From the NCBI GenBank assembly GCA_965287045.1, contig OZ336879.1:64232001-64296000 (forward strand): a stretch of DNA of 64,000 nucleotides, given 5' to 3'. Below, in pieces: positions 50,546 through 64,000 of the stretch (the stretch's first letter is position 1; each line of letters opens with the position of its first letter). This DNA is from Carcharhinus amblyrhynchos (Eukaryota). Under the pieces are notes generated by a model. That model was given only the letters and a program-made list of their open reading frames with translations, ran no database searches and was not told the origin of the DNA. Both the position numbers and the translations under genes were made by a program.

Positions 50546-53034
50546 GAGATCAGGAATTACAAATGCAGGTAAGTCCACCTGATGTTCAGCTGATAAATAT
50601 AATTGTGAGCTTGGCAGGACCAACTGAGAGTGTCTATTACAAGAGGTCTTTAAATTAAAGAGAAAAGGTTTATAATTTCAGCGCATTTCAGTGAGAAAAT
50701 GCCTTCCTATTGTACTACAAAAATGGGTGTGGCATTAACTTGTGGATTCAACCAGGACATATACCTGCATAATTCACAATTGTCCAGATAGCTGTACAAC
50801 TTCAAATGGTTTGAGCTTGTCTACCATCTCAAACTTACTCATAAGTGTCACCCCTTAGTCATTTCTGGAAAAAGATCCCCAATGTGCTTCAGTTTTCATG
50901 ATGAGTGGATCTCCTCAATTCTGGAGTCGCTCTTGTAAATCTTTTTTAGACATTCTCCAATGCCTTTGTGTTCTTTTATAATATGGATACCAGACAGCTC
51001 ACAGTACTCCCAAGTGTGGTCTCACCAACATTGATTTAAGTTTAGCATTTTTTAACTTATGTTTTTGACATATGCTTTGAGGGGGCCAGTGGGGGCAACT
51101 GCCCTCGTGCCTCCACTAAGCAGATACCCCGTCTAAACAGCATGGTGAATGGGATGTAAGTATTAAATCACTAAAAGCAAAAACTCTCTCAGAGCAAATG
51201 AATTAGATTTTTATTTTGAAACAGAAACAGGAAATCCTGGAATAGCCCACATGTTAATCAGTGATGTAAAATGAATCAAAGATTAATATTTCAGGTATAA
51301 CACAGTAATCAAGCTGATTACATCAGATTGTTTTAATTTTTCAGATTTACATCACATAAAAATCTGAATTCCATGCATTGGGACTAGTGTGGCATTTTAC
51401 AACAAAAAAAAACTTCTTGAAATGGAACTGAGGGAGTTGTCTTTACTCGAATATCAGGACCCGTGAGTCCTGAACTCCAGGGCATTCTAATGGAGCAGAT
51501 GGGCAACCCTGAATCTTCCCCACTCTATTTCACCCCACCACCCTCCCAGATAAGGAATGCATAGCAATTGCCCACCTGGAAAGTTCAAATCATTGCCCTG
51601 AAATGGGAACCATCTGGAAATACAATATAAATCGCAAAGTTCGGATAGTTCCGACTGTCTTACCCAGATAATGTTAGAAGAATTAAAATCACTTTAATTT
51701 CTGGGTAACTATAGTACTAAACCACCACCTCATCCTAGGAGACTCCCTCAAATCCCCCATGGATCCTCCAGCCATCCTCCTGGCCATCTATGCGGCCGCT
51801 GCTCCCCCCCCGCACTTCCACCCTGACCGGCAAGGAAGCATGGCTTCTTCACCATCTCTGTGGCACAAGGCCTTGGGAAGCTGCTACACAACACTATTCA
51901 CACCTGGTCAGAGTCAGAAGGTTGCATGAGAAAAGAGCACCTCATTTCCAGATAAGTAGGAGCAAAGTGACCAACGGACTCTGATTGCCACTCCACATGG
52001 GCAGATTTCAGGATAAATCTTGGATTGTAAATAATAAGCAGACACTTATATATCACACCATATGTCAGGGAGCAACCAAGATGAATGGTGAGCATTGGCC
52101 AGGTGAAATGAAGAAGATACATGGGGCAAGATGGAGACTGGAGTTTTTAGCTGGCTTCTAGAGCTGTGAAGTGACTGGTGAAGCAAGCTGGCTTTTGTAG
52201 ACAATTCCATTGAATGGAGGAATTTTAATTCCGCTATTAATCTTTAATAGTGGACAAGAGAGAGTGGAGAATTATCGGTAATCTTGAATCAATAGAGCTT
52301 TCCAAATAATGTGTTGTGGCATTCCCTCTAGTGAGAGCTAACCTCCTAATTTGATTTTCATTGACATAGGTTCTGCCAACAGAAATACTACATCATTACT
52401 TTCAACCAGCAGTATCTGCTTTGAGAATACATGATGTCCATAAGATAAACAATTGGTTCTGGCCGAACCTTCAAGGGTTGAACCCAAAGTGCGCACTCAG
52501 TGGAGTTCTGGTGCTTCAAGCAAACAGCTTCAAGTTGAATCACGAACTTTAAAATCCTGCAACCGTGTACTGTCTCTGGCTAAAATGGCAGCCAGAATAG
52601 GTCACTACAGAGGCCAAGTGATTTATTCTAGAATGTGAAAGACTCTAATTCCAAGTACATAACAGATTTAATGGCATCAACTACTATTTATTACCGTGTT
52701 TTAATGAAAATTACTAGCAACTTATACCTATGCAATGTGTGCCATATGGTTGGATGAGAAACAACTCTTTGTATAGACTTGTCAGTCTGAGTTCTCATTC
52801 TTTTGCATGGGATATTGATGAATTTAAATAGGACTGTTTTCTCTGAGCCCTGTCTAAATGTTATTGCTTTATTTACATTGATGAAGACATTCACATTTAC
52901 ATTCATTTGTTCCATCTCTTGCTGTTTTATGCATCACTAGATCATTTGGAAAAATCCAAACTCCACTTGGCCTTTCAAAAAATCTCTATTTGAACCATTG
53001 ACTTTTATGAGAAAAAGCAAATGTTTGACATTTA

Positions 53035-53340
53035 AGAACATAAAAATACAAGACCTAAGAGTAGGAGTGGACCATTCAATTCCACAAGCATGCACTGCCA
53101 GTCAATTTTTCACCTCGGCTACACCTTCCCATGCTATCTCCATGTCCCACATTCCCGATACTCTCTGACTTGTAAATGCTCAGCCATTTAATATCTCTAT
53201 GTTTGAGATAAAGAATTCCAATGAGTCGCCACTCTTTGACTGAAGACATTTCTCTTCTCATCTGAAATGTCCCAACCTTATGCAGGCTTTTTTGATTGTG
53301 TACCCCAAATCGCATTTACCAACATTTTGCATATCCATAC
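53035..53340 (-). mobile_element. Degenerate CR1 3' end
   Basis: TAAGAACATAA..GAGTAGGAGTGGACCATTC..GAAGACATTTCTCTTCTCATCTG. Confidence 0.65.
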
Positions 53341-53574
53341 AGACAGTTTCCATTTTAACTACCTTCTAATGACCACACATCTTGTAAAATATAATAATAC
53401 AATTCCTGTTGCGCCCCCCTCCCCCACCATCATTCAACCAAACCCTCTTCCCTACCACTCACTCACTCAACAACTCACTTCTCAACACTTATCACCTATC
53501 ATTCACTCAGCAGTCCCTCCTCCCACGTCGCTACTCCCTCCACACTCACACTTTTGTATCTTCTTGTGAGAGAG

Positions 53575-54270
53575 TTCCACCAGGGTAATGGTCTTGGCCA
53601 GGCAGGTCCTGTCCACTCAATAGTCCATGCTAATTTCCAGACTAAACAGCATCGTTCCATCTCAGAGTCTGAACTATACCTTTGATGGCTTAATTTTCAG
53701 GTCACTGTCTTGAGCAATTTCACACAAGGATGCAACACTCATGATGTGCCACCAGTGTCTTTCTGACACTGCATATTTACTAATTTTCTCCTTCTGCAGT
53801 CATCACCAATGGTCACAAAACAGTTTTTATCTTGAAACTTGATGACACCAACTTACTCAACTCAGTGATTCATCAAAGTCATTGTCCCGCATTTCTCCAG
53901 CTCTCATCTTTACAGGATCGATTTTCTTCTTTCCAGCAAAATGCATGCATCAAAGTGGGTCAACTACTTGCACTTAGAGCACTGATTTTGCCAGGCTGAA
54001 CAGGCTTCTTTTTCTCTTATTATCCAATACTCTGGCCTTGATCTTTCTGCTGGCCTTTCTGTAAATTGTCCTTTGTTTTCATTGTTGGTTTCTGCTTGTA
54101 AGGTTCAACAATGTGCAAAACTTCATCAGTTCTTCCGTCAATACTCTCTACTTGATGATCAACCACCTCAGAACTTATGTACATGTTGATAGTTTCCTTG
54201 ATAGTCTTTCTCTTCCTTCAGCAGGGGTGCTTTCACAGCACGATTTCTTATTCCTAAGACAATCCTGTGT
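53575..54270 (-). mobile_element. Probable decayed RTE-type LINE, endonuclease-side region
   Basis: Coding-like composition broken by many lesions; family resemblance only. Confidence 0.35.
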
Positions 54271-54277
54271 AATGAGA

Positions 54278-54552
54278 TAGAAACATAGAATCCCTACATT
54301 GCAGAAGGTGTCTGCATCGCGTCTGCACTGACCACTGCTAATCCCCTAACATTAACGTCAATTTAGCATGGCCAATCAATCTAACCCGCATATCTTTGGA
54401 CTGAGAGGAAACCAAAGCTTTTGAAGAAAACTCATGCAGACACGAGGAGAATGTGCAAACTCCACATAGACAGTGACCCAAGGCCGGAATTCAACCTGGG
54501 TCTTTGATGCTTGGAAGCAGCAGCGCTAACCACTGTGCCACCGTGCTGCCCT
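54278..54552 (-). mobile_element. HE1/V-type SINE
   Basis: The minus strand starts GGGCAGCACGGTGGCACAGTGGTTAGCGCTGCTGC; V core; tail TTCTATG. Confidence 0.88.
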
Positions 54553-56239
54553 AGGGTGGTCACATAGTGATTAATATTCTCCTTCTCTTCCTGAACTTTA
54601 CTATTAAACACCTAGCTTTCATAAATGACGTTAATAGAGGGCTCAAAGTGGGCTCTCAAAATTTCACACTGCCCCTCAGTGAGATCTAAGATGGGATATT
54701 GCTTGTAGCATTCTTCATCACTTGTTAAGATTTTTTAACTTTTATTTGTGGAGGTTTCTTGTTCAATTCTATAGCGATCATAATTCTACAATTGAGATTG
54801 GAATTCCTTCTCAATCTCCCTTCATCTCAACAGCAGCAGATACTGAAATATTCAAACCAAACATAGCTCACCAAACAGCCGATGTTCTGTTCAAAGCTGC
54901 AAACTGAAGTTTGAGCTATTTTTTGGCTTTTTTGCATTTAGTTCTCCTTGCAGAAATCAAAATCCACTTGGTCCCAGTTATACACTTCTGACACCATATT
55001 CCATGTGGTGGACCCAATGGCCTCTGTCCAACTCCAATATGTAAATTTATATCACAACATGGAAGATCGCAAGAGTATGATAAGCCTCAATGCATAAAGG
55101 TATTTATCCAAATAGAGAGACACTTAACATATTTTCAGATTTCCTATGGAACATTGGAGATCCCTTGCACCACTATGCTCCCACCTCCCCCCCACATCCC
55201 GGCGCGCGCGCGCACACACACACACACACCTCCCAGCATCTTTACATATTCAAATGTGGCCCATAATTTCTTCCCCTGTCACTGCCCTTTAATGTTGCCC
55301 TGTAGTGAGTTCTCAATCCTCACTAAGCTGTTACTGTATAGTACAATGAAATTTGATTTAATTTCATTTCATTGTAGCTAGCTTTGTACTGGTGTTAGGA
55401 AATAGGAGTTTTCACACAAACAATCAAGAGTAAAAAACTCGACCTCAGTCCCTTTGACACTTTCACTGTGGAACAGATGTAAACTCAAAAGAAATTTCTG
55501 TTTTCACAGGCCTTGTGAAAGGGCGGTAGATAAGCTTGTCACCTTGTGAAACAAGATGAAGTGGCAGAACCTTGAAATGAGCAGGTTTGCTGCCAGTTGC
55601 AGAGTTTATACTCACCTGCTGCACGTACTTCAACCCAGTCAATCAACTTGTCAAGGAAAGCTAATATTTACAGAAGTACTTGCTCATAAATCTTCCTGAG
55701 ATTAGTGCCTGTTGTGACAGAATGCAGTGGAACATGGTTTTGTTCTTGTGATGCTTTTACCTTGATTTGCAAAGCCCCAGAATTAATCTATCTGCCACTT
55801 GGGCTGTTTCCAAGAAACCATGAAACAGTCCAGAATAGTTTATGTCATTTCCAATGGTTAGAGTTCGCCGTGTAGATTTCTTGGCAGCTGATGTGCGCAA
55901 AGTAGATTTGATTGTGGTATAGATACTGTTAGAAAAATCATTTTTTTTCTAATTCTAATTAGTGGCTGTCTAATTTCTAATTTCATTCCCACATTCCAGA
56001 AGCAATTTAAAAAAAAATTGTGATCAGAGCCAAGCTTATTTTGATGAGCAATTGTGGGCAAGAGCATTATTGTGGCCACTCTCCAATCCTGGAACTGTGT
56101 ACCCAAAAAGAGTTTTTGAGTGACTAGATTGGCAACTATTTCCAGTATGTATCCAACTATCACCCTATGCAATTAACAGGCACCATAAAGCAGAGTTGAT
56201 GATCATTTATCTGTAATAAACTGTTCTATGCATGCATCT

Positions 56240-56478
56240 ATAGAGTCATAGAGGTTTACAGCATGGAAACAGGCCCTTCAGCCCAACTTGTCCATGCTGC
56301 CCTTCTTTTAGAAACACCTAAGCTTGTTCCAGTTGCCTGCATTTGGCCCAGATCCTTCTATACCCATCATACCCATGTAACTATCTAAATACTTTTTAAA
56401 ATACAAAATTGTACCCATCTCTATTACTACCTCTGGCAGCTTGTTCCAGACATTCACCACCCTCTGTGTGAAAAAAGC
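56240..56478 (-). mobile_element. CR1 3' end
   Basis: CATAGAG..CAGCATGGAAACAGGCCCTTCAGCCCAAC..TTCACCACCCTCTGTGTGAAAAAA (FFTQRVVNVWN). Confidence 0.8.
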
Positions 56479-57296
56479 TATTTCCAGCTATGTCAATCTA
56501 AAAGTTCAGATGCATTTGTGATCAGTTAATTGTTTGCAATGCAAGCTTGAAACAGCTCAATTTGCAGCTCCTATTTATGTTACCTGTTCTGCATTGATCA
56601 GCGTTTTCTGATTTATTTCCAGTATTTGTAGTTTTTTTCTTTTTATCTCTATTACATTCCGGTCTGGAAAACTTGAATTTGTTCTGAAAAAGTTGCAATT
56701 TGAGACTTTTTTTCTCTCTTACAAGCGTGTTGATGTGTGCTGGATTAAGTGAACGGGCTTTTGGGAGTTAGTTTTGAAGGCTGCTGATGACAGCACCTTC
56801 ACGAATAAATGGTTGTTAGTGAATGAAAACTGGAAAGGAGAAATGAGTCTATTAATTGGTGCAGAGGGAAGATGAGGCTAATATTGGTGGAGTCTTTTTA
56901 TAAGTGAGGAGATTGCTTATTCTGATGCTGTGAATAATCTTGTTCAACAAACTGGAGATATTAAAATAAACCAATTCCTTTTTAACGTTCACCTCATTTG
57001 TAAGATGCTTCAGCCTCCAATAGATCATGCACTTTGTTCATTCAGTTCCAGACTATGAATCACTATTCATACATCAAAATCTAATTATCATCACTGCGAA
57101 ATGCACTTACTCAATCTCTCAGTCACTGGGGTGATAGAAGTTGCTCTTTTTGAACTTCTAGATGATGAGTCCTTAAAGTCTCTTCAGTCATCCACCCATC
57201 CACCTGCCTTTTAAATTTCTTTCTATCTGCACCCTTGTTTATGTTTCCATTTTATCATCTTGATCTAGTTGGATAACAGTTAACCTTGCAGCAAAA

Positions 57297-57833
57297 CAAG
57301 GATATTTTGGCCCTGGAGGGAGTGCAGAGGAGGTTTACTAGGCTGATACTGGAGTTGAGGGGGTTGAGCTATGAGGAGAGGCTGAATAAACTAGGCTTGT
57401 ACTCGTTAGAGTTTAGAAGAATGAGGGGAGATCTCATTGAGACGTATAAGATGATGAATGGGATGGATAGGATAGAGGTGGAGAGACTCTTCCCGCTCAG
57501 AAAGGACAGTAGGACTAGGGGGCACAGCCTCAAGATAAAGGGGGGGCGTTTAGAATGGAGTTGAGGAGGAACTTCTTCACTCAAAGGGTGGTGAATCTCT
57601 GGAATTCTCTGCCCGTTGAAGTGGTGGAGGCTGCCTCGCTAAATATTTTTAAGAAGCGGGTTGATGGGTTCTTGATAAGAGAGGGGATTAAGGGTTATGG
57701 GGAGAGGGCGGGAAAGTGGAACTGAGCCACAACAGATCAGCCATGATCTTATTGAATGGCGGGGCAGGCTCGAAGGGCTAGATGGCCTACTCCTGCTCCT
57801 ATTTCTTATGCTCTTATTTCTTATGTTCTTATG
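57297..57833 (+). mobile_element. Young CR1 3' fragment, same subfamily as 27330
   Basis: About 11 differences by eye from 28606-29128; TTCTTATG tail repeats. Confidence 0.95.
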
Positions 57834-58242
57834 ATTAAATTGAAATTGAGTTCCTTTAAAAAGGGTTAAAATAATTTAGACACTGAAACTTTGTTTTAAT
57901 GAACTTTGGTAAAACAAATGAGGAGAGCAGTTTATTGGATTGCATATGGCTAGTGTTGTAACTCATTAGAAATCCCTGATCACAGAGAGAGTAATGCTAA
58001 TTGAAGGACTGGGTTATTTAGGTTCCTTATGACTATATGGCGGGATAGAAAGAGAACCAATACTTCTTTGGTAATACGTTGACAGGATGGGGAGTAGTGG
58101 TGAGGCAGGGACTATTCAGCAAATCAGTAGCTCTGATAGAATGGAGCCGAATTTTCACTGTAAAGGTCCATGAGCAAATGTGGAAAGCAGCAGTTTCTCG
58201 ATCACACTTTTCAATTTTTGATAGTCTAGTGTAAGGAACAAA

Positions 58243-58484
58243 GGGCAGGATTTTCCATCCCCCCACCGCGCTACCCCCCCCCCCCCACCCCCCACCCTAC
58301 CCCACCCCACCCCTCAGCAGGATGTTTTGTTGAGGTGGCCTGCCAATGGCCAGCAGCGGGATCTTCCAGCCCCCCTGCTACAAACAGATTTTCCCATTGT
58401 TTGCACCCTCCACTGGCAGGTCATGGGTCACCGTTGGAAGGACTGGAAGATCCAGTCAGTGGGAAGAGCTGGAAAACTTCAGCC
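58243..58484. mobile_element. MITE with expanded C-rich tract
   Basis: GGGCAGGATTTTCC / GGAAAACTTCAGCC termini. Confidence 0.65.
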
Positions 58485-59526
58485 AAAATTATTTCTAAGT
58501 TTTGCAATCCAAAGTCTTGGGAGGTTCACCCCTGCCCTGTTTCTTCTGCCTGTCTGTGCTGATCAATGGTGAGTGACAGTTATGTGTTACCCTTCACCAA
58601 GTGTTCATTTTTTGGCTTTGAGCCATATTTTCCTGTGGAGATATTTATGGCCAAGCTTAATTTTATCACCAACAATTCTAGTGTGTACTTTACAGTGAAT
58701 CAGTATGCCAATCCTGTTTGCTTGTCCTCTGTGACTTTGGAATAGATGTCTCCCCACTGCTGTCCATGTGGAATCAGCTAACTGAGCACAGCCCAGGGAT
58801 TAAACCTGGGAGATCCCTAATCATGAAGGATGTATCACTTAATACATGCGATCATTCATTGAGCAACAAAGAAGCTGGAGTCTTGAGACATTGGTTGCAT
58901 TTCCATGTGAATATAATCAGGTATTTGCCAGTAATCCTTTCATAAAGATGGCATTCGCTATACTTCCTGCTGAAATTAATAATCATTTCTTTGGGAGGTG
59001 AAAATCAAATTGATTTTGGCAGAATAAATAAAAGTTCAGGTGGGGTTACAGGGATAGGGTCTGGGTGGGATTGTACACAGGCTCAATGTGTCGAACGGGC
59101 TTCTTCTGAAACTGTCTACATTTCTGGTTGACCTTTTACATTCAACCTTTTCCTTCAGGGGCTGTCTCAAATTCCAACTTGTCTGTGCAAATTCTATTTT
59201 CCAATATACAGCAAAGCTACCAACTAATTTGAGGTTTTCACACACATTCTCCTAATTCCCACAGACCTTATATTGAAGTTACAGTGGATGATTGGGAAAA
59301 CCAATACTTACTCTGTTTTGTGAAGGAGACTCTTGGGAAGATGCTGCTTATTGTTTGGCACTCCTAGGAGCTTAAGTGAGTTTTTAAGGTGCCGTGAATG
59401 CATTCACTGAAAAACAATTCAGATGTTTAACAAACTTAATAAAAGTTTTTTTGCAGATTTGTTGGCTTGGATAGACAAAGTAAATGTTGTAGAGGTCGGC
59501 CCTAGTTTTAACCAGGGGTGAGGAGT

Positions 59527-59656
59527 GGGCTGAAATTCCCCAACCTCGCCCGCAGCTAGGATTCTCCTGTCCCGCTGCAGTGAAGGGAAATTTGGCTGAG
59601 CACCAAATTCTCTGTTCCCACTGGGAGTGGGGCGCATGAGACCGAAGAATTCTGGC
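59527..59656. mobile_element. MITE (family of 31302)
   Basis: GGGCTGAAATTCCC / GAAGAATTCTGGC termini; the interior is the reverse complement of the 31302 interior. Confidence 0.62.
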
Positions 59657-62022
59657 TGTGAGCTGCCCAGGATTTCATTAAGTTAGTGCTGGTCCGATTC
59701 TCTGACAGGAATAAAATATGAACGGGATGTGTATGGCAGGAAGCAGCCAATGCCAACCCAAGGAATGGTTCTTCAACAGTGTGGTAAGTAGATTGGATGG
59801 GGTTCAGGATGAAATTCTCGACAGAGGAGGGAAACGCTATGGACAGGGGAAAAACTTGGGGCATGGAAGGCCTGAGGAGTCCTTGATCCTCCAGGCCCAC
59901 ATGGAGATCTTCAATAACATTGAAAATATTTACTTATCTAGGCATCTTCTTACCAGTTTTTTTCATGCTCACTATCAAAATGCCATTGGTTCTGTTAGGA
60001 CATCCAACCCAGGATAAAATAACATTAGGAATGATGTCCAGCCCAGATGTTTTGCACCCCTTTCCTAAAATATTACCTGAAAACAGCACCCTAATACACA
60101 TGTACACCAGTGGCATCTAACTGTACCTCACTATCACCTGTCTGAACCCCTCCACGAGCCCAAGATTGTCACTGCCTTGACTTTACCCAGGTGCCCATAC
60201 TCACGAGATGGACAAAAGACAAGGCTCAGTTTGCAGATTAACCCACATTTTATTAACTAGTCCTTACCATACAAGCTCTGTACAAAAGCAACTCTCAATT
60301 GTCACAGTAGCATAATATTTTGTGCTTTCTGTCTGAGATTTCTGACACCACTCAGGTCGATGAACTTGACTAAGTTGCCGTGTCCAGTTTGCTGAGCTCT
60401 GCTGTCTCTTAAACTCAGGGTCTTCTTTGCAAAGCTTGGTTTCACACACCCTCTTCCATTGTCGTCGAGTCTTCGCTGGGGTGGCCTCTAGGTGTCTCTT
60501 GTTATCCCCCTCTTTGCAACCTTCTGGAAGGTTCTCTGGCTTTCAGCCAATGAGGTCACTGAGCGATGGTCACAGCACCCAATGACGTTACTGATTCCAT
60601 ACATGGAGAATGCCAGGGCCCTCCAGGCTAACTCCAGGCAGGCTAACAGAATGGACAGATGGCAGATGGAGTTTAATATACATAAGCGAGGTAATACATT
60701 TTGAGCAAAAGAACCGCTTAATAGAAAGATGCTGATGGATGTGGATGAACAGGAGGGAACCCTTGGGCTTCAAATATATAATTCCCTGTAGGTCGATAAA
60801 ATTACCAAATTATCAAACCATCGATATGAGGAGAAACCATTGCGCAGAGCAGAAAAGGCTGCAGGGAAAATTAATTGGAGGTTTTTTAAATTGTAGAGAG
60901 TTGTGGCACAATGAATAGAAAAGACTTCCTTTTGGTTGGTGAGCAAGTTATTAAGAGGGGTAATGCATTGCCCTGATGTGGGGTAAAGGCCAATGAAGAT
61001 GTAATTTTTGTATTCTGACCTGTCCTATGTTAGTTGATTTCAGGTTGCATGGAGTAGGTGCTCTAATTGACTATAATGAGCTAAGGAGGGAAAATCACAC
61101 CAAGGTTCCAGCTCCTGACTGCTGCTTAGCATGCTGTGCTGGAAAGGACATCTGTGTGGATGTCTGGAGAGAGTGTGATCAGACTTGTCTATGATGTACT
61201 GCAAATATGGTTGAATAGTCTGTGCACTGCCTGGGCTAACAGTTGAAGGACTGGCACTTTTGAAGGCTGCTGGATGGTATGAATGAAACTTCTCCACAAC
61301 AAGGGTCAGTACCCTGAGAGAAGGCAGAAAGGTAAAGGTGGGGATCCAAAAAAAACATCATTGTTTGGTTTTGAAGATTTTACTCATGAATCCAAAGATT
61401 TGAAATATTGGATAAAGGACAGATAATTCCAGATAAATCAAACAAACCAAGTGAGAGCATCTCCACAGAGCATTTATGCTGAGATAAGTTTATAACTGCA
61501 GTACACACATATCAAAGGTCAGAGTGACAAAGTAACATAGCATCTTTTATTATGGATGGGCTAAAAATTCTCACATTCTGGGAAATCCAAGTGTTGTCGT
61601 GTTTAAGCAAATCAACGCTCAGATTGAAATAAAGCTGAGCAGTATTTAGTTAAGTGCAATCAATTGATTAATCTAATTATTTGATTAATTTAGTTCTTGC
61701 TTAAGTGCCAGTTTGCTGCTGGCCAATCTGTGTTCATCTGCTCAGGATTTGGCTAAAAGTCATGACATGAATGTGTGGTTTTTGGATCACTTTGAGATAT
61801 CCATTATATCTCTCCTGTGTCAGCCATGTGTGCTTATTAAGCAGATCCTGCTGATTATAAAGTGACCAACATTTGGTTAACTATGCTTTCTGAACTAAAA
61901 TACATTCTGTACATTCTTTAATTGATTTTCTCTGAATGAAGCAATTTCTCATTCTTTTGCACCAATTTAACCCCAGTGCTTCATATCTTCACTGAAGCTG
62001 CATATAGCTTTCTTCAGTATCT

Positions 62023-62326
62023 CGTGGCATGATAGCACAATGATTAGCACTGCTGCCTCATAGTACCAGGGACCCAGGTTCAATTCCAGGCTTGGGTGAC
62101 TGTGTGGAGTTTGCATGTTCTCCCCGTGTCTGTGTGGGTTTCCTCCTGGTGCTCCGGTTTCCTTCCACAGTCCAAAGATGTGCAGGTCAGGTAGATTGGT
62201 CATACTTAATGACCCCTTAGTGTACAAAGATGTGTGGATTAGTGGGGTAAATACATAGGGTTATGGGATGGAACCTGCAGGTTCAGTGGGTCAAATGGCC
62301 TCCTTCTGCACTGTAGGGATTCTATG
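62023..62326 (+). mobile_element. HE1-type SINE, near full length
   Basis: tRNA head, GGTTTCCTCCTGGTGCTCCGGTTTCCTTCCACAGTCCAAAGATGTGC core, CR1-like tail GGCCTCCTTCTGCACTGTAGGGATTCTATG. Confidence 0.9.
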
Positions 62327-62929
62327 AGATAAGAATGAATCTTTGGGCCAAGGTCAGGGATCCTGCATCATATCTTTGAGATCCTGCATCAGATTGTGGA
62401 TTATGCTTGGTGGACACAGGAGCCATTGGAGCTGCCATTGCATTTAGTCTCAAAATGGGAGAATCCCACCCATCATCTTTCTTTAAATATTATTTTTTCC
62501 TTTTATTTTTTCTTCCATTGTCCTTGACATTTCTTTGAACTCAAATTTTCCAAAATATAAAAATCTTTCATGTTTTCCTATTGCCTCCTCTTTCAGGTCA
62601 AATAAAATGTCCTGTTTATTTATGAAACCTTTGTAAAAGTCCTTTCCTCCCCTTTGAAATTTAAAAGCCGAAAAGCAAAGTCCTTATCTATCTCCTAATG
62701 CAAATTTCTAAACTCAACCTATTTACAAATTCATTTCACCTTGGCTTCTCCTTTCAAATGCACCTTTGCCCCTTTTTATCTTTCAACTCTTTCCATCAAG
62801 TTGTCTCTATTCACGTTTTCCTAAATAATTTACACAGGCACACATGCAGACTTCTTAACAGATTAACACAATATTCACCAAAAATATTTTAAAATATAAC
62901 ATCCGTCTTCAACCTATACTGCTCCACAT

Positions 62930-63480
62930 AGCAATCACAGAAATAGAGAGGGAGTGTGTGGCTGTCCAGTGACAGGCACCTTTGTGGCCACTGGCAATGC
63001 ATGCCCATCTGTTCCACTGTAAATGAGGTCTTGTTCAGATGGCTGCATCAGCGACCTGCTATGAGAGCCTGAACCTCCTGAAGCTCTGTTGCTCAGATGT
63101 GTTGGAAAATTAATCCTCTGTCTGTAAAAGTTGTGTAGAAGATCACACCCCCATCTATCTCTGGATCTCTGTGCTCATCCCCTCTGCCCTGTGGAGGGGC
63201 ATGTGGTGGAGGACTAGGCAGCTTGTGTTGTCACTGGTGTTGCTCTTCCTACTGCCACTGGAGCTGGTGGTGTTGATATTGTTGCCCCTCTTATCCCTCA
63301 TCAGAAGTGCATTGTGAAACTATACAGATTGTTCCTGTGCCTGGTGAAGGCTAATAGCATGAAAGTGCAGTTGAAAATGAGTGAAATCTTGGACCAAGAA
63401 GTTAGCAATCACCTGTCAAGCAGTGCTAGCACATTCTGAGAGTTAAATTGCTTTGAACATCAATCTCTCACCTGACTGTG
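62930..63480 (-). mobile_element. Decayed PIF/Harbinger transposase 5' region
   Basis: Minus-strand broken peptide YRQRINF..SEQQSFRRFRLS*QVAD..EQDL..GHALPVATKV is HARBI1-like. Confidence 0.65.
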
Positions 63481-63749
63481 TCTGCAGCTCTTCAGTTTCA
63501 CTAATCCCAACTTGTCAGTTTTATTGAGGATGCGTTCCGAGCTGCCAACTTGCCTCATTGACACTGGCGATTTGTTGACAGAATTGGAAACAGGTATCAA
63601 GGCAGTTAAAGGCAGAATTGAGGGTTATAACAGCACACAGTAAGGATTATTTGAATATTTAGTTACTTACATAATAGCTGCATAGAGTCCCTTCTTGCCT
63701 ATATACTTTAACCAAGTAAAACCCAATAGAGGACAGGCTGATAGTTTTA

Positions 63750-64000
63750 TTAGTTTATTTATTAGTGTCACGAGTAGGCTTACTTTAACACTGTGATGAA
63801 GTTAATGTAAAAATCCCCTAGTCGCCTCACTTCGGCACCCGTTTGAGTACACAGAGGGAGAATTTAGCATGGCTAATGCACCATACCAGCTAATCTTTTA
63901 GACTGTGGGAGGAAACCGGAACACCCGGAGGAAATCCATACAGACATGGAGAGAATGTGCAGGCTCCACTCAACAGCGAATCAAGCTGGGAATCAAACCC
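63750..64000 (-). mobile_element. V-type SINE, runs off the window end
   Basis: TTTATTTATTAGTGTCAC tail and GTGGGAGGAAACCGGAACACCCGGAGGAAA core. Confidence 0.88.

Noticed and set aside
50560-50575. Perfect splice donor CAG|GTAAGT
   Set aside because: Isolated, directly after an L2 remnant, with no convincing upstream acceptor or coding frame.

Overview
This is eukaryotic, repeat-rich, non-coding DNA, probably a large intron or gene desert. The repeat complement (HE1/V-SINE-type and Deu-type SINEs, abundant CR1 LINEs, Penelope-like ends) suggests a cartilaginous fish; that assignment is an inference. I could not support any host protein-coding exon. The only long protein-like ORFs belong to a young, 5'-truncated CR1 LINE (27330-29128; RT domain, one frameshift). 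That LINE sits inside a TIR element, which in turn splits a SINE. Remnants of Rex1/Babar, L2, RTE, Penelope RT and PIF/Harbinger transposase, a MITE family and three minisatellites are also present. The most notable signal is a family of short (160-320 bp), young, fold-back insertions with 10-15 bp target-site duplications (1452-1771, 14906-15065, 41162-41352). Each carries a minimal type I hammerhead ribozyme motif. Older, decayed hammerhead-bearing relatives with different helix II sequences are scattered through the window. Several repeat-free, motif-dense blocks may be conserved enhancers. All calls were made by eye, and boundaries of old repeats are approximate.
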